Source of the DNA: an uncultured Spirochaetia bacterium
GTDB lineage: Bacteria > Spirochaetota > Spirochaetia > JABEVK01
Reading direction: 5' to 3'
Assembly: GCA_937960645.1 (NCBI GenBank)
Contig: CALGPJ010000006.1
Coordinates: 146,868-210,867, forward strand
DNA length: 64,000 nt
Shown here: one piece after another, positions 29,144-38,464 of the stretch
Position numbering within the stretch: the first letter of the stretch is position 1
Layout of the letters: every line of letters begins with the position of its first letter
Made by a program: the position numbers and the translations under genes
Notes under the pieces: generated by a model
What the model saw: the letters and a program-made list of their open reading frames with translations, nothing else
Database searches by the model: none
What the model was told of the DNA's origin: nothing

Positions 29144-30483
29144 AGGACCTGTACGTCGACACCGAGGAGCCGATCTGCGCCATCGCCACCCCCCTGGCGC
29201 CGAGCGCCTTGGGGATCGTGCGGTTCTGCGGAAAAAACTCCCTCCAGTTGTTTTCCCAGGTGTTCAGCCGTCCCCAGGCCCTGCGGAACACGCCGCACCG
29301 GGGAGCCTGCCACGGCAGCATCCGAGACCAAACGGGTGCGGATGTGGATGACGTCGTCGTTCTGGTCTGGCGGGAGGGGGGCGGGTACACCGGCCAGGAG
29401 GGCGGGGACATCATGGCCCACGGCAACCCGACCATCCTCCTCGGTATCGTGGAAGTCCTGACGCGTTCGGGATTTCGGAGCGCGGGGCCCGGGGAATTCA
29501 CCCTGAGGGCCTTTCTGAACGGCAAATTGGACCTGACCCAGGCCGAGGCCGTCGATTCCCTGATCAAGGCCCGTACAACTCGGGCCGCCGGGCTGGCCCT
29601 GAAGCGGCTTCATGGGGGAATCCGCAGGGAAATCGAGGAAGCTAAACAGGCCATCCTCGATCAGCTGGCTCAGGTCAACATCCAGCTCGATTATGCGGAA
29701 GACGACGTCGAGACCATGAAGCTGGACCGGGTCAGGCTACGTGCCGTCCTGGAAAGGCTGGAATCCCTCGTGGCCACCTCCCGACGCGGCAGCCTCTACC
29801 AGGAAGGGCTTCGGGTGGCTTTGGTCGGTCCGGTGAATGCCGGAAAAAGTTCTCTGTTCAACCGATTCCTCCAGGAGGAAAGGAGCATCGTCAGCGAGGA
29901 AGCCGGAACCACCCGAGACTTCCTCGAGGGGTGGATCAGCCTCGAAGGAATCCCCCTGAAACTTTTTGACACTGCGGGACTGCGGGAAACCGACAACCGG
30001 GTCGAACACGAGGGGATCCGCCGAAGCCGCGACCTGGCTGCCGCTGCCGACCTGGTGCTCTTTGTATGGGACGGTCTGCGGGGCCTCCCCAAAACCGAGG
30101 AGAGCTTCGAAAAACCCACGATCAAGGTCTGGAACAAGGTGGATGTGGCTCCCGAGGTACCCGAAACCTGGATCGGCGTCTCGGCCAAAAACGGACTGGG
30201 CTGGAGGGATTTGATCGACGCCCTCAAAACGAAGTTGAAGGAGCTGGAGGGTGGAGGGGCTCAGGGGGACCTATCCCTGGACAGCCAGCGCCAGGCCGAA
30301 CTCCTGTCCCGTGCCGCCCGGTCTCTGCACGACGCCCTCGACGCCGAGGACCTCGACCTGCCCCACGACATGATCGCCCTGGACCTTCAGGACGCCCTGG
30401 ATGCCCTGGGGGAGATTACAGGAGAAGTAACCACCGCCGATGTGCTGAACCGCATGTTCGGAAGTTTCTGCGTGGGGAAGTGA
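29140..30483 (+). CDS. mnmE: tRNA modification GTPase MnmE
   Basis: G1-G4 motifs (GPVNAGKSSLFN, DTAG, NKVD) and C-terminal …FCVGK; the start overlaps the HAD stop (ATGA). Confidence 0.9.
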   Translation: MKDLYVDTEEPICAIATPLAPSALGIVRFCGKNSLQLFSQVFSRPQALRNTPHRGACHGSIRDQTGADVDDVVVLVWREGGGYTGQEGGDIMAHGNPTILLGIVEVLTRSGFRSAGPGEFTLRAFLNGKLDLTQAEAVDSLIKARTTRAAGLALKRLHGGIRREIEEAKQAILDQLAQVNIQLDYAEDDVETMKLDRVRLRAVLERLESLVATSRRGSLYQEGLRVALVGPVNAGKSSLFNRFLQEERSIVSEEAGTTRDFLEGWISLEGIPLKLFDTAGLRETDNRVEHEGIRRSRDLAAAADLVLFVWDGLRGLPKTEESFEKPTIKVWNKVDVAPEVPETWIGVSAKNGLGWRDLIDALKTKLKELEGGGAQGDLSLDSQRQAELLSRAARSLHDALDAEDLDLPHDMIALDLQDALDALGEITGEVTTADVLNRMFGSFCVGK

Positions 30484-30975
30484 TCAGGCCTGAGGCAAAT
30501 CGGGCAATCCGTTTTGATGCCCCTGCCAATGGTGGAAAAAATAGCTCTCTACCACGGAGGCCTTGTAGGGGCGGCCCTGAAAGGTGTGGCGGCAGCCCAT
30601 GTAGGCCCCGCACTCGTACGGTTTGACCGCGTGGATGGTACACAGCCCTTGTTCGGAAAGGAAAACACAGGTACCCTTTTCCGTATCGTGGTAATCCCGG
30701 GCACGGTGCCCCGGCAGGGTCACGTAGCGAAAACGGGTTTTGAATTTCGCGGGAGCGGGTACCCAGATACTGCTTCCCTTGTGTTGGAGCCTCTTCAAAA
30801 TCAGGTAGTCCCGCCACAGCTGCTCGACGTTGATTTTCAGAAAATCGGCCAGACGCTCCACCTCCCCGGGCAGGAAACGCCCCGGGTCCGTGCGGCAAGC
30901 CGAGGTACAGGCGTCACAGGAACAGGATTCCATGAGGGCACTCCCAAACTCAGTAGGAAAAACGTTCAAACACAA
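30484..30975 (-). CDS. YkgJ/UPF0153-family Cys-cluster (putative Fe-S or Zn chelating) protein
   Basis: ESCSCDACTSAC… plus CVFLSEQGLCTIHAVKPYEC; the start may be the internal MESCSC (30933), since the 5' end overlaps the upstream gene. Confidence 0.55.
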   Translation of the reverse strand: MCLNVFPTEFGSALMESCSCDACTSACRTDPGRFLPGEVERLADFLKINVEQLWRDYLILKRLQHKGSSIWVPAPAKFKTRFRYVTLPGHRARDYHDTEKGTCVFLSEQGLCTIHAVKPYECGAYMGCRHTFQGRPYKASVVESYFFHHWQGHQNGLPDLPQA

Positions 30976-32287
30976 TCCGCGCGGGACGGACCCCCTGGCG
31001 CAATAGTTCCTTTACCAGAGATTCCATCTGGGCAACAGGCCCACAGAGATAGTACATGCTGGGGCGGGAGATGTCCACCAGATCCGAGAGAACCTTTGGG
31101 GTCAACCGAGCCCTCCTCGCTTCGGGGTGATCTTCCCTGCTGAGAAGCAGGGTGTAGGAAAACCGCTTCTCCCCGGAGGCCAGTTTCTTGAGCTCATCGT
31201 GGGCAAAGGCGTCTTCGAACCGCGACGTGTTCCATATCAGCTGAATGTCCCGATCGAAGCCGTCCCGCAAGGACCGCAACATGCTCAGAAAGGGGGTGAT
31301 GCCGATCCCCCCGGCCAAAAAAACGACCGGCAGCCCCGGAGGGGAGCGCCGAAGAGTGAACAAACCGTACGGGCCATCGATCGTTGCTCGGGATCCAACA
31401 GCAAGTTCCCCAAGACGGGCCGTGAACACGCCGGACTTTTTGGCCGTGATCGTCAACGGGGCTCCCGGTGCGGAGGCAAGGGTGAAGGGGTGCTCCTCGG
31501 AGGGAAATCCTTTTTGCTGGAAGGACACGTAGACGAACTGACCTGCCCGAAAATCGAAATGCGCGGGAGCTTGTAGCGTCACACTGACCACGGCGGGCGA
31601 TTCCTCTCGGACCGCAGAAACGGTCCACGGCCGAGCGCGAAGGAAAAGCCCCTTGATCAGGCGGTGGTAAAGGTAAAAGCCAAACCCGACGACGAACCAC
31701 CCCAGCATGTAACCCATCCGCAACTCGTTTTCGGAGGTGGAACTTGCTAACAAGACATGAATCACGGCGAGAATCCCCGCCACGCTCACCAGGTTATGCA
31801 CCAGCCTGAGGGTATTGTACCGAAGTCGAAGTTTATGTGCGGTCCACCGCCTCAGCTCGACCAGGGGGGACCAGCGCGCCAGGATGACAGGACTCATCAA
31901 CAGGGCGCTGAGGACGATGATGGTATTGAACATCGCCCCTGCCCCCATTCCCAAAAAAACCTGAAGGTTGAGCTCATAGGTGCTCAGGTTTTTGCTGATG
32001 ACGTGCCCCCCAATGCCCAGCAAAATCACCAGGCCCAGGAAACCATGGAAACGGATGACCTTGTCCTGGCCAAAGGCGCGATCGAGCAATTTGATGCGGG
32101 ATCCCAGAAAAAACTGGGTGACGACAGCGGAAAATACCAGGATGCCAAAGATCATCCCGAGGCTCCACGTATGCGCCAATGTCTCCCAACCAAAGAAGGG
32201 GCCCCAGGGCTCGAAATATAGCAGGAAGGCGCCGATGGGAAGGCTGATGAAAAACAGGATGATCGACAATCGGAACAACAGGGTCAT
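30950..32287 (-). CDS. NOX/FRE-family flavocytochrome (ferric-reductase bis-haem TM domain plus FAD- and NAD(P)H-binding domains)
   Basis: Two His pairs spaced about 13 residues apart in TM helices (HGFLGLVILLGIGGH; HNLVSVAGILAVIH); FAD motif HPFTLAS; NADPH motifs GGIGITPF and CGP. Confidence 0.7.
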   Translation of the reverse strand: MTLLFRLSIILFFISLPIGAFLLYFEPWGPFFGWETLAHTWSLGMIFGILVFSAVVTQFFLGSRIKLLDRAFGQDKVIRFHGFLGLVILLGIGGHVISKNLSTYELNLQVFLGMGAGAMFNTIIVLSALLMSPVILARWSPLVELRRWTAHKLRLRYNTLRLVHNLVSVAGILAVIHVLLASSTSENELRMGYMLGWFVVGFGFYLYHRLIKGLFLRARPWTVSAVREESPAVVSVTLQAPAHFDFRAGQFVYVSFQQKGFPSEEHPFTLASAPGAPLTITAKKSGVFTARLGELAVGSRATIDGPYGLFTLRRSPPGLPVVFLAGGIGITPFLSMLRSLRDGFDRDIQLIWNTSRFEDAFAHDELKKLASGEKRFSYTLLLSREDHPEARRARLTPKVLSDLVDISRPSMYYLCGPVAQMESLVKELLRQGVRPARIVFERFSY

Positions 32288-32766
32288 AAGAGTTTTTTGA
32301 TGCGCTCGACGTATTCCTGAGCCAGCCGGCGAACGGCGCCCATGTCCGAGGCCGAGGTTACACTGTCCACCTTGACCGGCGGGGTCCACACCGTTGTTTG
32401 GGTGGTGTGCAGGATGATGTTTTGATCAAAATCCTTGACACGATTCAAAAACTGTAGGACCCAGGGGCGTACCTGGGCCGTTGCCCCGCTGTTGGAGATG
32501 AAGACAGCCTTGAACTGCCGCGGATCGATGTCATTCAGCCCGTTACGCGAATGATTCACGATGAGAATGTAGGTCTGACCATCGTTGAGAAGCCGAATCA
32601 TTTCCTGAATCAGGGCGTCTTTGAAACGCGTGGGTTCGGTTGCCAGGAGCACTTTTCGCTCCGACGTCTTGGGTCCCAATTCCTGCAGGAAGCCCGGTTG
32701 ATTGGCGTTAAGGTGAACGACACTTGCGAGGAAGAAAATCCCCGATAAAATGATTTTGGTTATCAT
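32284..32766 (-). CDS. Small secreted protein, unknown function; first gene of the NOX-like operon
   Basis: Signal peptide MITKIILSGIFFLASVVHLNA|NQ; the stop overlaps the NOX start (ATGA). Confidence 0.35.
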   Translation of the reverse strand: MITKIILSGIFFLASVVHLNANQPGFLQELGPKTSERKVLLATEPTRFKDALIQEMIRLLNDGQTYILIVNHSRNGLNDIDPRQFKAVFISNSGATAQVRPWVLQFLNRVKDFDQNIILHTTQTTVWTPPVKVDSVTSASDMGAVRRLAQEYVERIKKLL

Positions 32767-32820
32767 TATGTACCTCTGCAATAAAATCAGTAAAATTTAC
32801 TCGATCGGCAAGAGAACTCG

Positions 32821-33753
32821 ATGGCTGATCTCCCCTTGAATTTCGTTGCCCTGGATTTCGAGACCGCCAACCGCCACCCCAACAGTGCCTGCGCATTGGG
32901 CCTGGTCACGGTCGCGGATGGCCAGCTCGTCGACGAGGTCAGTTTTCTCATTCGCCCCGAACCCCTGGTGTTCGAATCGGGCAATATTCGGGTGCATGGT
33001 ATCACGCCCGAAAAGGTACGCAGCATGCCCACCTGGGACCAGCTTTGGCCCACTATCCTTCCCTACCTCGATAGCAAAATCTGGGTGGCCCACAATGCCG
33101 GTTTCGACATGAAAGTGTTAGGTTCGAGTCTTCGGGCCCACGCCCTTCCCATCCCAAGGGGCCGTTTTTTTTGTTCCTGGCGCCTCGCTAAAAAGGTTTT
33201 TCCGGGCCTTTCGAGCTACAGCCTGGGGGCCCTGGCCGCGCACTTTGATTGGGAGCTTCAGCACCACGACGCCCTCAGCGACGCCCGGGTCTGCGCCTTT
33301 CTTTGCCTGGAAGCATTCCAAAAGGCGGAAATCACGAACCTTGCCCAGTTCCAGGCTTTGGGTCTCAAACTTCAGACCTTTAGCCTGGATACGATCGCCT
33401 CGCAGACGGCAAGTCTCCAGACCCTCGAGGTCCGTTTCGATACCATCGTAGAGGATGAGAGCCTGAACTCCCGCACCGTGGTATTCTCTGGGGACCTCGT
33501 TCATTTTACCCGCGACGATGCCGAGTACCGAGCCTGGCAATCGGGGGCCAGGGTCGTCACTCGGGTGGACGAGGGCGTCGATTACCTCGTCGTGGGTCAA
33601 AAACACGGCGGGTATCCCATCCTGACGCCCAAGCTCCAAGCCGCTTTGCGATTGAAACAGGAGGGCAGCTCTCTGAAAATCATCGACGAAAAATGTTTTC
33701 GGGATCTGGTAAATCGCTCGTCCTGGGATATGATGGTAAAGGTTACCGAGTGA
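32821..33753 (+). CDS. DnaQ-like DEDDh 3'-5' exonuclease fused to a C-terminal BRCT domain
   Basis: Exo motifs ALDFETAN, WVAHNAGFDMKVL, HDALSDAR; BRCT-like VVFSGDL…DYLVVGQ. Confidence 0.7.
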   Translation: MADLPLNFVALDFETANRHPNSACALGLVTVADGQLVDEVSFLIRPEPLVFESGNIRVHGITPEKVRSMPTWDQLWPTILPYLDSKIWVAHNAGFDMKVLGSSLRAHALPIPRGRFFCSWRLAKKVFPGLSSYSLGALAAHFDWELQHHDALSDARVCAFLCLEAFQKAEITNLAQFQALGLKLQTFSLDTIASQTASLQTLEVRFDTIVEDESLNSRTVVFSGDLVHFTRDDAEYRAWQSGARVVTRVDEGVDYLVVGQKHGGYPILTPKLQAALRLKQEGSSLKIIDEKCFRDLVNRSSWDMMVKVTE

Positions 33754-33776
33754 ATAAATCCTGTCGGGGAGGTCTC

Positions 33777-34805
33777 ATGAAGAGTTTTTGGATTGGAGTG
33801 ATCGTGGTATTTTTGGGATCGAGTCTCATAGCCCAGGAACCTCAAATCACCGACACGCTGACCATTCAGGGTTTTTATGCCCTGGATAACAACGAGGGCT
33901 GGGGCCAGACCGGAGGCTTCATCCCGCTCTCCTATTCCCCTGTTCTCAAAGACACCGGCTCGCTCACTGCCCCGGACACGGGCAGAAATCTTGGATCGGG
34001 CTGGGGAGGTGTGGGTCTCGAGGCGGTGTTGACCCGCAACATCCGTTTTCCCTTCCTGACCGGTGAGGGAGCCCTCGTTCAGGGGAACAACATCACGTAC
34101 AACCTTCGTGCCGGTCTGGCCCCGGTGGCCCTTCGCCTGGAAGCCGAAGCCGTTCTGACTCCCATCGCCTTCCTTCAGTTCGGTCTCGGTGCTCAGCTCG
34201 GTACCGGCTGGGACCTTGTGGTCTTCAACGGCCTGGGGCTCAACACCAACCCCACCGGCGAAATCGAGAAGACGCCCTTTGGCGGTGCGGTTGTTCGAGT
34301 GTGGGCATTCGGCGTCTTTCAATTCGATTTGGCGGCCCTGATCCCCGGCGAGTGGAATCACGTGGTCGTGCTCAGCCGCGGAAGTCTGGCCTACCAGCAC
34401 TTCACACGGGCAGGCTCCAACGAGGCCTGGCAATGGGCAGCCGACGAGGGTAAAAACTTTAACGGACCGAAGCTTGTCAGCGTTCACTTTCTGGGGTATC
34501 AGATGCCCCTGGTGCTCAACACCCTGGGTCTTCTGTTGGAAACGGAGGTTTACCTCGATCCCATTTTCAGCCTCAGCAGATGGAATGATGGGGGTTGGGG
34601 CAGCGACTTTTTAAGCCTCAGACCCAGCTTCCTCACCAATTGGACTCTGGCAGAAAACCAGAGCCTGGCCGTGCTGGTCAGCTTCAGCAATTTCATCGAC
34701 TATTCCGACGCCACCATCTTCAATCGTTATTACCTGCACCGAAGTGCCGAGGCTGTCGGATGGAAGTGGGACAAAATCAATTTTCAATGGAACATGAAGT
34801 TTTAG
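33777..34805 (+). CDS. Putative outer-membrane beta-barrel protein
   Basis: Signal peptide; alternating amphipathic beta-strand pattern; C-terminal …QWNMKF with a terminal Phe. Confidence 0.4.
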   Translation: MKSFWIGVIVVFLGSSLIAQEPQITDTLTIQGFYALDNNEGWGQTGGFIPLSYSPVLKDTGSLTAPDTGRNLGSGWGGVGLEAVLTRNIRFPFLTGEGALVQGNNITYNLRAGLAPVALRLEAEAVLTPIAFLQFGLGAQLGTGWDLVVFNGLGLNTNPTGEIEKTPFGGAVVRVWAFGVFQFDLAALIPGEWNHVVVLSRGSLAYQHFTRAGSNEAWQWAADEGKNFNGPKLVSVHFLGYQMPLVLNTLGLLLETEVYLDPIFSLSRWNDGGWGSDFLSLRPSFLTNWTLAENQSLAVLVSFSNFIDYSDATIFNRYYLHRSAEAVGWKWDKINFQWNMKF

Positions 34806-34845
34806 GTGTTTGATATTTAATTCCACAGCAGTATTTTTTACTGCG

Positions 34846-35478
34846 ATGGAAAAGTTTTTGCCTCTGTTTCCCTTACCCGTGGTGGTTTTCCCGGGGTCTC
34901 CTCTGCCCCTGCACATTTTTGAACCGCGCTATAGGGAAATGATCGGTGAATGTCTGGAAAATCGGTCCGAATTCGGTGTGATCCTTGTCCTTGGCAATCA
35001 CCTTCACCGCATCGGCACCACCGTAAAAATCGAAAACGTCCTCCAAAGGTTCGAAGACGGGCGGCTGAACATTTTGACCATCGGGAAAAAACGATTCGAG
35101 GTGTTGGGTTTTAACGAAGATCGGGCCTTTCTTCAGGGGAGGGTGCGGCCCTTCGATGATACGGACCTCGATTCGGTAAACTTGCGCACCCTGTTGAAAG
35201 ACAGCAGCTCGATCGTCAAAGAATACATGCAACTCACGGAAAAGCGCATCTATCAGGATTTGGAGGAGACCGATCCTCAGGCCGTCAGCTTTTTCCTCGC
35301 CGAGCTGGTTCCCTTTGAGCTCAGTTGGCGTCAAAAGATCCTGGAATACACCAGCTGCGAGGCGCGGCTTCGTCGGGTCAACGAGAGTGTGTTGAGGTTC
35401 GTCAACAATTTGAAAGTCGCCAGAAAATTGAAAGAATTTTTTAAAATCGATGCTGATTTTATCAACCTGGTCAATTAG
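34846..35478 (+). CDS. Stand-alone LON N-terminal (substrate-binding) domain protein
   Basis: LPLFPLPVVVFPGSPLPLHIFEPRYREM matches the start of the Lon N-domain. Confidence 0.6.
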   Translation: MEKFLPLFPLPVVVFPGSPLPLHIFEPRYREMIGECLENRSEFGVILVLGNHLHRIGTTVKIENVLQRFEDGRLNILTIGKKRFEVLGFNEDRAFLQGRVRPFDDTDLDSVNLRTLLKDSSSIVKEYMQLTEKRIYQDLEETDPQAVSFFLAELVPFELSWRQKILEYTSCEARLRRVNESVLRFVNNLKVARKLKEFFKIDADFINLVN

Positions 35479-35516
35479 AATGTTCTGGAGCGACTGATTC
35501 CAAAAGGAAGGATTCA

Positions 35517-35963
35517 ATGGATGATTCTCTATTTTCGATCGAGGGGCTTTCCCTCGAGGCCGCGCAGCAACACATTTTGACGATTCTCACCGAACTCAAA
35601 CTCCGGGAGAAGGAACTCAAGAACCTTCTCGAACAGGAAAATACCTGGTCACAAAGGCTCGAATTGGCGCAGAAGCACAACAGGGATGATCTGATCCAGG
35701 CAGCACAAACCGAATTGACCCAAATTGCTGAAAAAAAGCACCGCGTGCGGCAGGAGCTTCAGGAGTTTCAACTTGGAATGGAAAGGCTCAAAAGCCAGAT
35801 GAACCGCCTGCCCGGGGAACTTTCCCTTCAGTCATCCGACCAGCTGATCGCAGAACTGTCCCTGCTCGTGGGCGAGGAACCCAAACCAGATGACTCGGCA
35901 TTCGATGAACTGGAAGCCCAGCAGGCACTCGAGAAGATGAAATCCGAAAACCAAGGTCAGTGA
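35517..35963 (+). CDS. Coiled-coil protein (weak PspA/IM30-like C-terminal resemblance)
   Basis: Heptad-rich, acidic C-terminus …DDSAFDELEAQQALEKMK. Confidence 0.3.
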   Translation: MDDSLFSIEGLSLEAAQQHILTILTELKLREKELKNLLEQENTWSQRLELAQKHNRDDLIQAAQTELTQIAEKKHRVRQELQEFQLGMERLKSQMNRLPGELSLQSSDQLIAELSLLVGEEPKPDDSAFDELEAQQALEKMKSENQGQ

Positions 35964-38413
35964 ATGTCGAGATCGATCTCGGTGATTTCGCCGCTGTAAC
36001 CCAGAACCCCCAGTTGTCCCACGGATCTCCAGGCCAGTGCGGTGATCGGCTCATCGAGCCGCACCACCCGGGACAGGAGCCGAAGGTCGGGAAGCATCCA
36101 GGCCTTGACCTCTCCGTCCCGGCCCGCAGAAATCAGATACCGGCCCTGCGGATCGGCCACACAGGCCGCCACCCCTTGGGCATGAGCCTTGACCTCCCAA
36201 TGACCACTCGATCCCGGCACACCCCAGGCCTGAATCTCGGGTGAGCCGTCCCAACCCACCAGAATCCGACCGCAGGATAACAGCCCTTTCAAGGGGGAAC
36301 CACCGGTTTTGAGAATTTCCAGGGCTCGGAGATGATCCCAATCCCACACCAGAAGGCGGCCGTCCTCCCCCGTGGAGGCGACGAAGGTTGTGGAATCACA
36401 GGCCGGGTATCGAGTCTGCCGAGGCAATACGACTAGATGCTGTACCGCCTTGAGGTGCTGATAGGACAATGGGGCAAGATCGTTTTCGAAAAGTCGATAC
36501 ATCGATCCCTTGGCGCTTCCCAGGGCAAAGTCATCTCCCACCTGAAGTGCTGCCGTAATCCAGTCTTCGGGGTCCAGAAGGTTCCACCCCTTACCCGCCT
36601 GATCTTCCAACCGGCCCTGCCGGGCAAAGTAAGGCTTCCCATTCAGGAGATAAAATCCCTGGGTCCCCGAGACGGTCGTGCGCCCCCCCGGAAAAAGGTA
36701 TTCCCCACTGAGGCTCAGGAGGTGCAACCCGCCGCCCACCATGCCCTGAGAAAGCCAGGGATCACCAAACCCCAGGATTTCAGGATTTTTGGGTCCCTGG
36801 GCCCAACTCAGACCGAGGCGGTGCCACCCATCTCCCCAATAAAGTCGCAGTGCTCCTTTTTGACCGTAAATGTCTCGAAGTTTCAGGGCACCGAAATCCC
36901 AGACCGAAACCTGCCCATCCAAACTGGAAACGTACAGATTTCCGTTCGATTTATCGTAAGCAAAATCCGTGACCCAGTCGGTGTGGTGACGCATAACACG
37001 CTCCCGAACCTTGCCGGACAAGTCGATAACCCGAAAACTCCAATCCTGAGATCCGACAAGGAGTTTGTTCGACACCCAGGAGAGAGCGGTAGGTTGTATT
37101 CCTTCCCACTTTCGGACCTGCGTGTCCTGGTCGTAGACGATCAGGGCACCTTGAACCACCCAGGCACTCATTCGCTTCGGCCCCAGGGCGCCTTTTTCCG
37201 GCTGGGCGGAGAGGTGAATCGTCCATTCATGTCCGACTTCATCCCTGAAAAACACGGAGTTTCCCGACACCTGGGCCAGGCTACTCTTGCCTGTCAGGAC
37301 CCAGTCCCCCCCGGATCCCCTTTTGAACACTTGCCCTTCAGGCTCCCGGATTTCCCAAATCCCCTTGGGATTCCAGGTCCAAAACGACCCGTTCCAGAAA
37401 ACCAAACCTTGAAGAGGGGCCGAGTCCACCCGTTGTGTCCCCTTGAAAAACCCGTCTTCGTCCACCCAGCCAAGATCACGCCCCCAGGCAAGACCGGTCA
37501 CGGGACGTCGGCTCAGAATCTTTTCCATTCCCGAAGGTTTGACGATATCGATCCGATGACGTTTTTCATCTCCGACCAGGGCCAATGTCTCTTTTTCTTC
37601 CGACCAGGCGTGGTGGCGAACCAGTTGGGCATGGTGGCGTCTGTCCGGTTTAAACTCCACTCGATGGTCGCAGGTCAACCAGCCCAGGGTCTGCCGCCCC
37701 AAAAAGAGAGCCTTGATCCCCCCGCGACCGTAAGGATTATCGTTGATCTTACACATCGGGGCCCTGAAATGGATCGAACGATGGGCAGCCTCGTCCTCGA
37801 AGGCAGGCCCGATGGATTCGAGAATCTGTGTGAATTGCCGTTCCTTTTCTTTACCCCACCAGGCACGAGCTTTTTGCCTCTCGTCGCGATTGAGGGTGGT
37901 CCAAACAAGAGCCAGGTCCTCCACAGCCCCCTTTTTGCCGGCAAGAGACCGGACAAAGGTGATGAGAGACCCATCCGGATCGTAAATCCAGGTCGATTCC
38001 AGGGCGGCTTCGAAAAGCACCTTGTGAACTGAAAAATATTCACTGTCGCAGAAGGTTTGAAGTGCGTGGCGTAAATGGGGGCTTTGGGGAGGTGGCAGCT
38101 TTTCCAACAGCGCCAGATTTCTGAGCGCCCGGATTCGGATACGATCGAGCCACTCGCTGCGCGCAACCGCCAACTCGTAAGCCACCCAATTCCAATCCTG
38201 GAGAGCCTTTTGGGATTCGCCCTGGTTAAAGGAAACCACGCCCCGGTTGACTCGAGCACGAAGAACCTGAAACAGGTCGTTTTCCGACAGGTCAAGCGAC
38301 TCGTGGGAGATTACCTCTGTGTACAAGGTTAAAGCCAGATCGGTATCGCCGTCGCGGCTGGCTGCCCGAGCTTTTTCAATGAGATCTTCGAATCGAGGTT
38401 GCGACATGGACAT
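35957..38413 (-). CDS. Large TPR (N-terminal) plus WD40-like beta-propeller (C-terminal) protein
   Basis: N-terminal TPR-like helices; C-terminal repeated …DG.V.VWD/…W motifs (LDGQVSVWDF, EDGRLLVWDW, RDGEVKAWML). Confidence 0.5.
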   Translation of the reverse strand: MSMSQPRFEDLIEKARAASRDGDTDLALTLYTEVISHESLDLSENDLFQVLRARVNRGVVSFNQGESQKALQDWNWVAYELAVARSEWLDRIRIRALRNLALLEKLPPPQSPHLRHALQTFCDSEYFSVHKVLFEAALESTWIYDPDGSLITFVRSLAGKKGAVEDLALVWTTLNRDERQKARAWWGKEKERQFTQILESIGPAFEDEAAHRSIHFRAPMCKINDNPYGRGGIKALFLGRQTLGWLTCDHRVEFKPDRRHHAQLVRHHAWSEEKETLALVGDEKRHRIDIVKPSGMEKILSRRPVTGLAWGRDLGWVDEDGFFKGTQRVDSAPLQGLVFWNGSFWTWNPKGIWEIREPEGQVFKRGSGGDWVLTGKSSLAQVSGNSVFFRDEVGHEWTIHLSAQPEKGALGPKRMSAWVVQGALIVYDQDTQVRKWEGIQPTALSWVSNKLLVGSQDWSFRVIDLSGKVRERVMRHHTDWVTDFAYDKSNGNLYVSSLDGQVSVWDFGALKLRDIYGQKGALRLYWGDGWHRLGLSWAQGPKNPEILGFGDPWLSQGMVGGGLHLLSLSGEYLFPGGRTTVSGTQGFYLLNGKPYFARQGRLEDQAGKGWNLLDPEDWITAALQVGDDFALGSAKGSMYRLFENDLAPLSYQHLKAVQHLVVLPRQTRYPACDSTTFVASTGEDGRLLVWDWDHLRALEILKTGGSPLKGLLSCGRILVGWDGSPEIQAWGVPGSSGHWEVKAHAQGVAACVADPQGRYLISAGRDGEVKAWMLPDLRLLSRVVRLDEPITALAWRSVGQLGVLGYSGEITEIDLDIH

Positions 38414-38464
38414 TCGGGAGTATACACAAGTTGACAGAGGTGAAAAATCACTATATCAAAAGCT

